The notes beneath the pieces were generated by a model that ran no database searches, was not told the origin of the DNA, and worked only from the letters and a program-made list of their open reading frames with translations. From Lama guanicoe (lineage: Eukaryota), in the NCBI GenBank assembly GCA_013239625.1, contig MU053645.1, forward strand, positions 496,001 to 560,000: a DNA stretch of 64,000 bases, in the 5' to 3' direction. Position numbers and translations under genes: made by a program. This document shows, piece after piece, positions 24,281 through 38,236 of the stretch; position 1 is the stretch's first letter, and each line of letters opens with the position of its first letter.

Positions 24281-26659
24281 AAGAGAAAGGGACAAAATAG
24301 TGCTATTTTTTTTTACAGGGCATCAAAACAACATTTGAAAAAAAATGGTGTTTCTCTTCGTAGAGTAGGATGGAGAATGAAGTGTCAGAGATTTGATTTT
24401 CAGGCAGTGTACTTGATCAAAGTACTTACTAAGTGAGTACTTACAAAGGTTTCTCTTCATACTGACAGCCTGACTGTCTTTCACCTTTTTCTCTCCCTCT
24501 GGAATCCATACTCCACTCCTTCTTTGGGCTTGACTCTATACTAATCTTTTCCTATCAAAACCTGCTAATATCTTCATTTTCACTCAGCTACAGATGACTG
24601 ATAAGAGTGTGGCATGTTCCCTCTTCCAGGAAAACTTCTGGGTAAAGATCAATGGACTAAAGTGAAAGCAGACAATCTCTGGGAGTAAGGCCAGGCATCC
24701 AGACAAAAGTTGAGGAAAGACTGAGATGCATGTGTAGACCCCAAGTGGATATCAATATCTTCCTTGTTCCCTTGAAATCCTACCAGAGAGTATATTTTAC
24801 TCTAAGCTGGCCTGGCTCAGGAAAACAAAGTCTTCATGCAGATTCCTGAAGAGGTTTCCTTCTTTAAACATGTGGGAGAGATCTCAGCTTGAGTCTTGTA
24901 ATGGCCACTTCTAGAGATCAGGCAAGCTGGGATGATTATGGTGAACTACTGGAGTTAATTTGCACGGGGGCTGAAGAAAGATAGAGAGTTTTTGCCCAAT
25001 TTTTGCACAGGTTCCTGAGAAAATAGAGGGAAATGGAGAGGCCAAGCGATGTCTGGTGTCCCATCTAGCCTCAAGGATTATTGTCTGAGTCCCACAAAGA
25101 GCAAAACTTCAGACTGAATACAAAGGAGCTATCTTTACAACAGCAACAGGGAAAGATAGCAAAACAAGCAACAATGCTTCAAGGCCCAACTGAAAAAATG
25201 CTATAGACTGGGGGCAGAGTAACTGTCCCCATTTAACCCAGAATAGCTCTGATACAGTGAAAAATTAAAAAATACATTATTTGGCTCTTCACAAAGTTTG
25301 CTACTTTGAAGAGCACAAGAAGAGATCATCCTGAGCAAGGAATCATGGTACCACAAAATGTCATGGCAGTGCAGTGAAATTTTCAAGTGTCTTCTTGGGG
25401 AACAGATATTGACCAAAGGTCTGAAATGGATGAAGAAAAAAATACTGTTTTTGAGACACATCCGGGGATCCTCCTGTATAACTGGGTGACACTTTGTGGG
25501 AGAGAGTCAAGAGATCCTGAAATACGCAAATACAAATAATAAGACAGTGAGAATGGCACTGATACTACAGTTCATGTGACTTCATCTGTAACCACTGGCT
25601 GGAGAGGTCTGAAGCTGTCACACTGCATAAACAAAGATGGCTCTACCGATCCAGAACTTGTCCGGTGTGAATCTGAGTTTTGTTTTTTTTCTATTTTTAG
25701 CAATGAATATGACTTTCTGCCTAAGAATCTACAACCTCTCAGTGAATCTCCCTTTTGGTCAAGAGTCCACACCTGTGTCAGAGCCATCCTTGTGGAATAG
25801 CATAAAGCTAACTGGCCCTTTTAAGAATTAAATTCATAGCCTTGACCTCATTAGTATGTTCCAATCATCTGAGTTAACTGGCCATGATCCTGGAAATATT
25901 TTCCTTCTGAACTCTAGAAACTCAATAGTCTCAGGAATGTGATAAAGATAAGTTGGATTATGAGTAAAAATTAGAAGACTCTGAGTCAATGGCTTTAGGC
26001 CTAGAAGAGGCAATGTAAAACGAAGATAAATGTCTGCTCTGGGCAGGGATTAAAAACTGTACCAAGAGATAGAGTGGAACCTACACCCAGGGAATGAAAA
26101 AATGTAAAGAAACTTGAGGTAAACAGATTTAATTGTAACACAGACTTCCTAAATCCATTTTCTGTGATTATTTGTTATTATTCTTAGGAGCTGATTAAGC
26201 AGTAGCAGATGTCACTAATACACAAATCTCATTACACATGTAAAATATGTTCAGTGCATAGAAGAAGACCATGATTAGAACACTTCTGCAAGATGCTGCT
26301 AACTACTTCCTATTTGATTTAAAAGGAAAATTTTACTTTAGGTTTCTGAAAGTACATAAAGTTTCAGTCCAACCTTAGGTCACTTTCTGGGAAATTATGA
26401 AACCAAATTGAGGTTGTCCTTTTTATTCAGATGGATAAATTTTCACTGAGTGTCAATAAGTGCACAACATTTAGAATAGGAAAATAAATATTTAACAAAG
26501 TTGGCCTTTGCCTTAAAGAATAAAGGGAAAAAGTAGATTGGAGTGGAGGGCATTATTCCCTTCTGGCCAATCCAGAAGTTGCTTCACTTAAACAACATTC
26601 TGAAATAAAGGTAATGTAGAAGGAAGATTGTGAGACAGGTCTTTTCTGCTATGAGGTAC

Positions 26660-26920
26660 TATTTATAGATAACATCAGAGTACCTGACTAGTGCTTATCA
26701 TGGGCCAGGCATACTAAGTACTTTGCATATGTTCACTAGCTACCACAACCCTATGAGACAAGCATGACTATATCCCCACTTTACAGTAAAAGAAACTGAG
26801 ATTAAAAGATGTGACAAGATTTTCCCAAGGTCATAGGACCGATAAGTGGTACAACTGGGACTTAACTCCAGGCAGTTTGATCCCAGAGTCCATGCTGTTA
26901 ACCACCACACCACACTGTTC
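26660..26920 (-). mobile_element. MIR SINE, near full length
   Basis: cacaaccctatgag...ccccactttacagtaaaagaaactgag...cccaaggtcata...ccagagtccatgctgttaaccac. Confidence 0.85.
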
Positions 26921-29689
26921 CTTAGTACAGGTGAATGAAGTATCTGGGTTGTAAATACTCAAATATGCAGAATTACTTTATCAGTTTGAATGGGGAAATA
27001 CCTTTAATAAGAATACATATTAAATATGAGATAAAACATTCCAAAGACATTTTATGCATGTTTCCACTTCCAAAATAAATAAATTTTTTAAAGGAGTGCA
27101 GATTATTAGCAAGTCAACAGTTTTATAGAATGCACAGCAATTTCCTATGAAAACATAACATACTTTTCTAGTGTCATAAACTACTCAAAACTATGTGAAT
27201 TTCCAACTAGAACCTTTTTAGTTGCAGAGTTGGTGGGAGGGCTACTCTTCCTAACTCTTATTCCGCATTGAGATACTCCTTATATAAGCCTCGGTGACAA
27301 AAATGGACAATTATGTTAGTGTTTGAACTTGTGCTTGAGGATGGAATTAGGAAGGGAGCCCTTTGTGTTGGTTCCCTTCTATTTCAGGGAAAGGGAGTAG
27401 CATGAACACTGTAAAGGAACAGTATGGTTTGTCGCTCAAATTAAGTGGTATTCACAAGACCTACTATTGAATTAATGAAGACATAAGCATCAAGAAGTTG
27501 TTTCCATTCCCTAAAAGCTGTTAACATTTGTGTTTACTCAAAAAATATTCAGACTCCTGGTAGTTCTTTCACGATCTGGCAGAATGTAACATTTGTGTCA
27601 GAAAATACTACTTCTTTTGGGATCTCCAGGAAAAGAAAAAGAGTTGCTCGCTAGGATTACACTGTATTATTCCAGTGTCTCTCTTTATTTCATTTAATAG
27701 GCTTTGGGGCAATGGTCTCTCATCTCTTTGGAAATGTGACAGCTCACCACTAACGGCAATGATGGGGAAGAGGAGGATTGTGAACAGACGGATCTAAAGT
27801 TAGAACATCTGCAGGACGACTCTCTAAATCTTCTCTAAGCCCCAGTACACAGTATGATATCATTCATTTTTCTAAAATGCTACAAAAAGGCTTTTGACAT
27901 CAAACAACCAGATGATATACAAACATATTCCTATGTGAGAGATCAAAAGGAAATTTTATATAGCCCTATGGTTTGTAGCAATAGGGCAGAAAGGCCATAT
28001 GAGGCAGACCACTATCTTATGCACTTCCCTGATTCTCTAAAATAAAGAATGACTTAGTAGTAAAGAGAGATTTTTGCTATCTTATGTTTCCTTATTATCT
28101 AATTTATTTTCCACATTTATTTCCATAACATTTACTTAGTAAATTATTTCAAATTTTATTTTGACGGCTAAAAAGAGCTGAGCAAATCTTCCATTAAACA
28201 TTAGTAATGTGGTGAGCAAAATAAAAGCTAAAGACTGAACCTTTTATAGTAAATGCTAATTACCAGGCCAGTCACACATATGTCTGCAAATTTAAACAAC
28301 ATTTGAGATGATTATTATGAGTAAAAAATGTTTTGCATGTACAATAGTGTCTATCAACAGAGACTACATTGCAAACAATGAAATGAGGGGCTTAATGGGG
28401 TATAGTAATTCACATGCAACTTGGATGGAATGATGATATTTGGGGTGGGATGACGGTGTTGGGGATGCTATGATGGGGTTGGAGGCAGGCTGCATTATTT
28501 TCATCAAAAATTTCAGGAGAAAAGAGCAGCTTGGCTTGAAGGCTCATCAAGAGGTGGAGTTTTGTGTTCTAATTCCATTTCTTGATTGCTGGATGATCTT
28601 GAATAAATGTCTTAAGTCTTGGCTCTCAACTTCCCTGTGGGGGAAGGGGGACATTAAGTGGTGGTACTATCAAGCAGTTGCAGATAAGTCCTGTTATTTT
28701 TTTAACTGCTTCACAAGCATGGAGCAAAAACCTAACAAAACAATTTCAGATAGGCGAAGGGAAAAAACAAATGTACAAAACTTGTGGTAATGGCCCCCTA
28801 TGACATGGCAAAACTTGACAATGTAAACACAACGGATATTAACTATATTAGCTCTTTTAAATAAAGCTCAATCCTAAATTGAGGTGGGGTGAATGGTGGA
28901 TAATGCCTCTAGTATAAAGAAGAAAAAACTAAATGACGAACACAATCTTGGCCTGTTTGATCACTTCTTTGCAAAGGCCTCTGAAGTCCAAATTATTTTA
29001 CTGCTTGCTGACTATTAATGGTACATAATGCAAAAGAGAGATGAATAAAATAAGACCTGAATTTCAAGTTCACAACGGTCTGAGGCTTGCTTTTTAAAAG
29101 AGGATTAAAAGGCCCTGTTCTCCATCTGGAACTCCAAACAATATTTAAGACAAAAGACCAACTCTCTCAAATGTTTAGGTACCCAATGAGGAGAACTGAA
29201 TATACCTCTAATTTGAAGCTGTATTCTCAAAAGCTTTTCTCCAAAGCCAAAACTTCAGTGTAACCTCACAATATGGTATGGGTTTGGTTGGACAAGGGAA
29301 GGACTGTGTAGAAATAAGGTACTATAAGACACTTAGAGCTCATCTATATTTCAACTAATAAGAAACTATTATTGTCTGAAATACCCTTTGATCAAATTGA
29401 GACTATCAGGAGACCAGATGTTATGCTAAACCATAGAGGGAAGCCATCACTGAAGTATGACCGAGAGCTTTCAGAATGGCTCCTTGGGAATTATGCTTCT
29501 GGCCCTGAAGAGGTAACTGGTACTGGTCTTACTCTCTCGCCACAGAAAACAAGGGAAGTGTATAAAAGATAGGGAATAACTGTTTACAAGTATTGGGTTA
29601 ACAGGCAACACAGGACTTTCATACCCTGGCTTGCTGCCTGGGGGAATTTTTTGAACAGCAGAGCAGGGCAAGAGAACTCAAGCTGAAGA

Positions 29690-30560
29690 TGGTAATCTTG
29701 CTAAGTTGAGGAAACAGAGATTGACATTTGGAAGGACTGAAGTGGTTAGGATTTGCAAGGCAGAGTACTGGAGAGGATGGAGCTACTCAGAAAAATAGTC
29801 CCACAAATCTGCTAGAGGACCCTGTTTTTATCTTTGTCATAATACTAGGCTGCACATGCATAGGGTAAAACTCTAGAAGGCTAGTCAAAGAACAACTAAC
29901 CAGAGAGCTGTAAGCTGAACAGCTCCCAAAACTCACACAGGGTTATAAAATGTTTGAGTTCTGATCTTACAGAGTGGAGAAATATCATTGAATGTCTAGG
30001 GCAATCAGTAGAGAGTGTAGAAGGGTCTAGACTTAGTAGTAATATGTCATGACTAACTAGAAAAAAAATAGTCAATAGAAATGCACCTCAAAATGATAGA
30101 ATGATAGACTTATCATACAAAGACTTCAAAACAGTTATTCCAAATATGATCAAGGACTTGAATGAAAACATGAACATAATGAAGATAGAAATGAAAAAAT
30201 CTATAAAAAGAACGAAATACAACTAGACCTCAAAAGACTGAAAATTCATTTGGGCTTAATAGAAAATTAAACTGAAGAAACACAGAACAATGAACTTTCA
30301 AACTAAGCAACAGAAACTATCATAACTAAAGGACACTGAAGAAAAAAGCTGAAAAATTTGAACAGATCATTAGTGACCTGTGAAGCAGTATCACACAGTC
30401 TAATATATGTGTGATTGTTTATAAAGTGAAGGGACAGAAAAACTACATGGAGAAATACTGGAGGAAGTTTTCCAAATTAGATTAAAAATAGCAACCATAA
30501 ATTTGAGGTCAGTGAACACCATGTAGAATAAATCAATGAGAAAAAATTTTAAGCAGCCAA
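29690..30560 (+). mobile_element. Old L1 5' UTR/ORF1 remnant
   Basis: agacttcaaaacagttatt...aatatgatcaagga, cagatcattagtgacctgtg...taatatatgtgtgattg ORF1-like motifs. Confidence 0.55.
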
Positions 30561-30628
30561 AGGGACACAAAAGTTCCTTGACCTCAAAGGGCATTGTCTC
30601 TCTAGAATCCTTGGTTAAAATGTAAATA

Positions 30629-30851
30629 CTTTTTTCCCCAGCTTTACTGAGTACAATTGACATATAACATTGTGTAAGTTTTAGGTGTAAAACATGTTGA
30701 TTTAATACACATATATTGTAAAATGATTACAGTCATTGCATTGGCTAACACCTCTATTAGGTCACATAACTATCATTTCTTTTCATTTTTCGGTGAGAAC
30801 AGTTAAGATCTAGTCTCTTAGCAACTTTCACGTATATAATACAGTATTATT
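30629..30851 (-). mobile_element. L1MA-type 3' tip
   Basis: cagctttactgagtacaattgaca...ggtgagaacagttaagatcta; TSD aaatgtaaata 30618-30628 / 30852-30862. Confidence 0.85.
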
Positions 30852-32234
30852 AAATGTAAATAGTCTTGAGGAAAGAGTACATTATGCATGTCACACTACC
30901 TTGTGAAGGAGTTGAGGATTATTTTGAAAAAGGACATCTATTATAGGGTAGGACCTTTAGGCAATAGGAGACAAGTTAGACAATATGAATATGCCGTGGT
31001 GTGTGAAGCAACCCAGATGATGTCTTACTAAGAGGGAAGGTAAAAAGATACAGCTAACAAATTTTATCAACTTTAAAATTTGGATGCAGGACGATCGTGG
31101 CTTCAGATTAAGAATCCTGGTTGGGGAACTCAGTGTTGAAGCTAAATTTTTTTCAAAATTGGGAAAATACTTGCAGTCTTGGGGAGTTGGATTTCTAAGG
31201 TCAGTCCTATTGAGTTAGCTTATTTTCCCTTGGGCACTAGGCCTAAAATTTCCAAGTTTTACCCGCAAGTGATCAATGGTAACTTGGATAATAGAATATA
31301 AATCATATATTTGGGGTTGCTGCAACAGTGGAAGATTGAGAGAGAAATAAAATGTAATTTTTATACTTAAAATGTTTTGTTTTAAAAAACAAATTATCAA
31401 TAGCACAAATATTGGTTAACTAAACAAAGTGATTATTAATCATCTTGACTTAATTGGAGCTTTCTTTTATATACTATTAGGAAAATATATAACTTTTAAA
31501 AATCCCTAGGCATTGGGTCAGCCCACTCTAAGTCATTCGTAGCTGGAGTTACAATTCCTTTTAGCTACTTTCTCTTTTTGCCAGTCTTAGTTGTTCTAAG
31601 TTGTTCTAGTGAGAGTTCCCTCTTGGTTGGTTTGCTTGCTGCCATCACAACATGACCCTCTTCAGGTAGTTTCTGTGGCCTGATATAGATGGCTCTCCAC
31701 TTCAGGGTCCCTGCCAGCTAATCACAAAAAAGCTCCTAAAATACACTGCCACTCACTCTGGGCCAGGTTTTTCAATAATTATCTCTTTTTTTTGCAACCA
31801 TCCCATTATGCTTTATTTCTTCTCTAAGGAAGCTCCAATTAAATGAGAGATCTTTTCCACACAAGAACTAGAGATCACTTATTCACATAGCTCTTCCATG
31901 GACATCTAGGAATGTCTACTAGGAAATTCTGGTTAAAACTGCCTCTCAAGGAATGAAGGTTATTTTTCTTCCCATGAATTGTTCAGAAAACAATATGCCA
32001 GATATCAAAGCATTATGATATATGATACATATTTTCATATGATACATATTTTCGCATGATACATACTAAAATAAAACCAATTAGAATACAAAGAATACTT
32101 CACCCAATTTAAACAGAACAAATTTTAAATTCAATAGTACTCCAACAAATGGTATGAGCCCTAATTGAAAGTTTTGCAGATGTTGAACAATTACAATAAT
32201 ATATTGATATTAATTATTATAGACGTGTATTAAG

Positions 32235-32580
32235 GATGCAGCAGCAGTTAAAACAAGAAATTTCAATGTCTTAGCACAAAAAATAATTTTCCTACTTATT
32301 CAGAGACCCAGGTTCTGCTACCTTCAACACATGGGTTCCAAAGTCACTCTAGGATTCAGCATCTAGCCAGCAGATGGGGGAGTTGAGAGGACAGAATTGT
32401 ATGGGAAGTTTCTATGTGCCAGATCTGGAAGTAACCTGCATCATGTCCATTCACATGCCACTGGCCAGAAATTCAGTCAAATGGCCATATCTAACTAAGG
32501 AAGGCTGGGAATATATTCTATGTTCCAAGGAAAAAAAGGGAAGCAAATTCAATGAGTAATTAGACCATCTCTGCCACATA
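32235..32580 (-). mobile_element. MLT1-type LTR
   Basis: ctggaagtaacctgcatcatgtccattcacatgccactggccagaaattcagtcaaatggcc. Confidence 0.7.
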
Positions 32581-34929
32581 CTGGGGAAAATGGAAGTGGT
32601 GTTGGTTACCAAGAAATGCTTACCACAGATTTCAGAATACAATTCAACAAATATTTATTGAGTCTCTATTATGAGTAGGCACTGTGTTAAGTATCAAAAG
32701 AAAGTATTCAAAGAAAAACTGAAATCTACTTACTATCCTTCATTTATTCATGGTACAGGGAGAGAAAACACATGTAAACTGATTTTTTGCCATTCAAAGT
32801 GATAAATACGGGAGAAGTAAATATAGGGAACCAAGGATCTTGTCTCTAAAGGGAATTCTTCTCATTTACCATTTATCCACCCTCTAGCTCAAGAGAGATG
32901 ACATTTTTCACTGCATATTAAGGGAATGTGAGCTGGGTAATTAGGAAGAAGAGAAGTCATAACTTTTATCACTTCTTTGGTGCATTGTGGACATTTTTAT
33001 TTGCAGCCCAGAAGTTACATACACTTTATGGAGCTAAATTCTTGCTTATTTAACATTCACTAAACATTCTGCTTTATGTTCCTTACCAACATTTTTAAAG
33101 TGAATAGAAGGATAATTTTTAAGCTATTGAGGCCTGCTTTTCTGCAGGTCTGCTGTTTTGAGGAACATGAAGGCAGCTAGAGGTGGGAAGTTGTTTCACA
33201 GAAGTGTCCAGAGATGAAAGAGAAAGAACTTCGTGAATATAACAAAATTGCTCTTATTAAGAATGGGACATATGAGGTTCTTAAAGTCAAAGGCTTCTTT
33301 TATCTTCATCATAAAGGAAAAAGGCATCTGTGAATACTGGGTATCAATGCTTTTTCTCTGGAAAATGCATTGATTCTGAGTGATTTTTTAGCAAGTTCAT
33401 TGATCCTCTTCCATTCTATTTGCATAAGTGATGCTGTTAGACTACTCCTAATGATAGGTATGTTCAGAGACATAATGGGGTCCTGAAGTTTTGAGAAAAA
33501 TGCACTTTAAGGCAACTTCTCCACTTCTCTTTAAAACTGGAATAGGGTTGTGAAAAGAACGTTAGGCTACGTGTCAGAAGAATAAAACTGTTTTTCCATT
33601 CTACTACTACTCACTATAAGAAACTGTGTAGCATACCACTTCCATTTCACTTGCTTCAATTCAGTCTCTGTATATTCAAAGTATGCTGAATAATGCCAGT
33701 TATATGTATACACATATTCTTATAATAAGACATAATACCAGTCATATATGTGTGCGTTTGTATATGAAAGTGTAGCACTAGTTTTCTAGAATGTAGATGC
33801 TACTTCGTTCTTCTGCATAAAAATTATCACAAAAGTGATATAAGCTTAATAGAATACAGCTAAGCCAAATAAAAATTATCTGTAACCCCACTATGCGGAG
33901 ATAACTACTGTTCATGGAATAAATTTCCAGACTTTGTCCTTTGGTAAACACGACTTCTCAGAATCTTTGACATTCTTAGTATGTTCAGAAACCATACCCT
34001 TCATTAAAAATTATCTTCTTTGCATATCTGAAGTATATCTTATTTTCAGAAATGGTCTACAGGCAACCAGGGGAGTATTTTTTTTTCATTGTCAGTGTAA
34101 GAAGCATTAGCTATTTTCTGTTTAAAAGAACCTGTGAGTTTGCAACAAAAAGAAAGAGAACACATTGATGACTTCATGGCAAGAAACAGGGGTTGTATGG
34201 ATAGGGCTGTAAATAATACTAAAGCTAGTGAAATGACCTGGATGGGACACAGAGATTTATTTCACAGTTTATCTGAACACTCTTGGGAGACAGACAATGG
34301 AATATAGCCTTAGTGTTCAATTCCATCCCTTTTTATTGAGTCAGGGGATGTTTAAAGAAATTTATAGGGCTCTTTGAAAGTCAGCATTTTTAATAAGTGG
34401 CACTGAGAAAAGATTACACTGAGGGGGATCCAGGTGACAATACAGAACATGAGACATGAGGGAATTTATAATGGCTGAGCTAATTGAGGCAGAAAACACA
34501 CAGGGAGGTGGACTCCAGTGAATTATCTGCTCATCTTTCTCACGACTGCCTATTAGCCTGCCTCTCTCTTTATTAATGACAATTTCAGAGTTTTCAGATC
34601 CTATCTTCTGGAACTGAGTTGCAATGTAAAAGCTGGTGGTTTGTATAGCAGGGCCATTCTCAGACCCAGAAATCATTCCTGACATAGAAATACATCCCAG
34701 TATAAATTCAGGCAAATCTCATGGAATTTGGAACCCAGGAGGAGACCATATTTTTCTCTGGGCATACAGAAAAGCAACCAAAAAATTAAAAACTGGAAAA
34801 TGGAACCTGTGAAGAAAGATTCAGTAAGGAAGATGGCCAGTCAGAGTGCCTAGCTGGAGCATAGATTTGGAGTTAAGAGACTAAATTCTAGGTCCAGGTC
34901 CTTAAACAGATGTGAACTACAGGAGTTAA

Positions 34930-35342
34930 GAGATGTTACACGTTGAATTCTCTACAGGAAATAGATACTTAGATGGAGTTTATTAGGGCATGCTGAGTGT
35001 TTGCTGGGGATCAACACCTACTGAAGTGAAAGGGAGGAAGCAAGATTGTGCAGGTTGAGAAAAACTGCCGTTCAGGCTAACCTCACAGGGAATTCTGGAG
35101 TGTACATGGCTTCTCAGCACATGTCACATTGCGCTTGGAAGGCGGGGCCTCTCTATCCCTGCTGTAATTAGTCATTGGATGGGCAGGGTATTGCCCATAG
35201 GCAAAATCTGCTCTCTGTCGCTGAGACAAACCCTAAAGCAGGTGGCAAGAGGAGACGGTTTGCTCGTAGCACTCCCACAGATGGACTAACAAGTCTTTCC
35301 TTTAAGGGCAGACTGGGCAGCGCGTATCTCTGTCCACCACAA
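34930..35342 (-). mobile_element. ERVL LTR (LTR16-like)
   Basis: ggggatcaacacct...gggaggaagcaagattg...ctgtccaccaca terminus. Confidence 0.6.
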
Positions 35343-35849
35343 AAAGGGGTGAGATGAAAAAGATTAGATGAAGCTTAAGGTTTCTTTTAGACCTAAAAAC
35401 TGATTGTTTTAAGAATAATAACATATCATAACAGACTGGGGTCATTAAAAAAAATCAATCTCTGTTGCCGAGAGAAAAGTGTATCTGCTATATTACAGAG
35501 AAAGAGATTCCAGTCACTACTATTGACTTGGTGACTATGATTAATTAGAGATATACACACACATATACACACAAACATGTCAGGAAATAAATAAAAAGAT
35601 ACTTTGTGCCAGGTTTGGAAGATAGTGTTCTAACTGCATGTTCTTCATACCCAGAAAGAAGCAAATCCAAGACACTGAGTTTATTTTGTATCATAGATAA
35701 AGGACTCAGATAAGATTTTTGGAAGATCTTCCTATCCAAAAATCCTTGTGGCTCGTCAAAACAAGAAGCCCAATTAAAACCCAGATGTTAAGAATATATT
35801 TGGAGGATAATGACCCAATATGGTGAAGGGACAACAAAAGGAGTAATCA

Positions 35850-36060
35850 AATAACCACTTATTCATCATTTACTACGCGTTGGGGACTGTGTTAAGCCCT
35901 TTATATAAATTATGCTATTTAACTCATGTAACAACTCATGAGGTAGCTATTATAATCTGGATTTTACACAGTAAAACCTCCAGCATCACACAGTAAATGG
36001 CAAAGTGTGGGTTCTAATCTAGAAAATCTGATTCCAGAGCCTACCCTCTTAACTATCATC
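35850..36060 (-). mobile_element. MIR SINE
   Basis: tttaactcatgtaacaactcatgaggtagctattat...tctgattccagagcct. Confidence 0.7.
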
Positions 36061-36129
36061 TTCAACTGCTATCATATAAAGGAGGAATTTGGTTGTTCTC
36101 TATGACTCTAAGAAATAAAATAACAAAAC

Positions 36130-36595
36130 TTCACAAGGCTCTACACAACTTGTCTGCTGCCTACTTCTCCAAGAGTACTTTCCATTTTGAGTACATTTTC
36201 CACTTCGCTCCAACTATACTGGGTTACAAGTAAAGTTCTTGCCACCTCACAGTCTTTGCATATGCTGTTTACTCTGCCTGAAATACTCTTTCCCTCGCTC
36301 TTCACCTGTCTAAGCTTTATGTCACTTTTCAAGTCCCTCAGACTAGTTTAGATACTCCTGTCATGTGCTTTTATGGTATACTACTTTAAGGCATATATAC
36401 ATATTTTTTTCTTTCAGAATACAATTACTTGTTTACTTGTTTATTTTTTGTCTCCTGATATTAAAAATGGCTTTTGTGACAACAAGGATCACATCTTTCT
36501 ACTCACTATATTTTTCTATGCTATTTAGTGCTTAGCTTATTAGGTGCTTGCTTGCTGGCTGGCTGGCTGGCTGGAGAGCTGTGTGAATGGATGAA
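36130..36595 (+). mobile_element. LINE-2 3' fragment ending in (GCTG)n
   Basis: gtctttgcatatgctgtttactctgcctgaaatactctt L2 motif. Confidence 0.6.
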
Positions 36596-36659
36596 AAACT
36601 ACAACCAATGAATGGAAGCTACAGGGAGTCAGAACTGAACTATAATGAAAGAAGATACT

Positions 36660-37060
36660 CTCTTTCTGCACCCTGGAAGCTAGGCTTCGTCATGTGATTT
36701 GCTTTTGCATTAACATTAACAACAACAGAGAACAGATTTTCCTATGGGTATACCCTGCCTAGCCAATGACTAATGGAGTTTGAATTAACCTCGAGAATGA
36801 GAACAAATGGAGATAGATGCACCCAACAGCCAGTAGTAACCACCAGACATATGAGTGAAGCCCTATTAGACCACTGCTAGACGGTAAACCCACCAGATGA
36901 CTGTAGTCACATAAGTGAACACGTGAAACCAGAAAAAGAAGGGTATATCTAAACTTGCCCCAAATTGGTGACGTACAGAATCATGAGAAAAAATATGCTG
37001 CTTGTTTTAAGTCACTTTGTTTTGCAAAGGTTGGCTGGACAGTAATAGACAACCGAATAA
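36660..37060 (+). mobile_element. MLT1-type LTR
   Basis: catgtgatttgcttttg...ccagacatatgagtgaagcc...ttgttttaagtcact. Confidence 0.65.
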
Positions 37061-37839
37061 GGGGCTGCTATAGAAGATTTTCCAACAGGTAGAGGTGTTT
37101 ACTGGATAATCTTAAATGGCCCTTTCAACCTTGAGAATCTATAACTTAACTGAATATTTTTAAACCCTCAAAAGTCATCTGAAACAACTAAAAAGTCCCT
37201 TCGTGATAAAAATGCACCTTAGAGGCTATGCATACATTTGTTTGGATTTACCATACATGCCATAATTAAAGAAACATTTCAGCATTTGATTTGTACTTAA
37301 AAGCTCACATAATTTTAAATATGTTCTCTAAATCCTTCCTAGCAAGCAAAATAACATTTATGCTGAAATCTGTCTCATGGCCTGTTCTATGTCTCCATGT
37401 ACAGACTGCAGGAAGTATAATTCATCCATAAAAGACAGCTGAAATATGCACTGCTTTGAATTGTTTTAATATTGTGCACAAGAGACTGGAGGAGAAAATT
37501 AACTGCCGTATGCTGCCTCATTCAAAGTATCAGATGGATAATAATAAAACAGAAAACATATAAAATCATTTAGAGCCATTTTAGGACCATATGCTCAACT
37601 TCACTGACAATAATCAACTATAATATATTTCAGAAAAGAAAAGTGAAGAGAATATAATTCTACTCATTATATTGGATGTTAGACTCCAAATCATTTGAAA
37701 ATCTCATCGATCTATAGCATTGTACTTTGTGTCTAGAGATAACTAGACCTCTGATAAAAATGAATTCAATTACTCATGGGGAATGTTTTTCCTCTTTTTT
37801 ACCATAACTCAAGTTTCTTCTCCTTGAAGGGTCAGGACA

Positions 37840-38205
37840 GGATCGAAGCTCACAGTTTTCAGGACATCATTCTAGACGCAACATAATTCATGCTGATTCC
37901 TCCTTCCAATTGCACCTGCCTAATTCTGTACTTGTATGTACATGTACTTGTATTAGCTTTACAAAAAATCACTGTAGGGTTTCTTCAAGCAGTGGGAACC
38001 CCTAGTGCTACTTTCTAATTTTCCTTCTCCCTTTTTCCATTTCAATGATCATACTGTATTATTTTTGTTTACTTGCATGTCTGTTTTCCTAACTAAATAT
38101 TAAGTTCTTTGAGGATGTGTGAATCATGTCACTTGAAACACTGGATTTAAAAATGGCACATATTAGGTTCTCAAGAAATGACTTGTTGAATGAACAAATG
38201 AATTT
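37840..38205 (+). mobile_element. LINE-2 3' fragment
   Basis: taagttctttgagg...tggcacatattaggttctcaagaaatgacttgttgaatgaac. Confidence 0.6.
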
Positions 38206-38236
38206 AAAATACTATGCTGATTAGAACATTCAATTT

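Noticed and set aside
24405..24445. Overlapping quasi-palindromes around aagtactt
   Set aside because: Stems of 10 bp or less; too short for a miRNA precursor and expected by chance.
32016..32066. Short tandem array (atgatacatattttc)
   Set aside because: Ordinary 2-3 copy slippage repeat with no spacers; not CRISPR-like.
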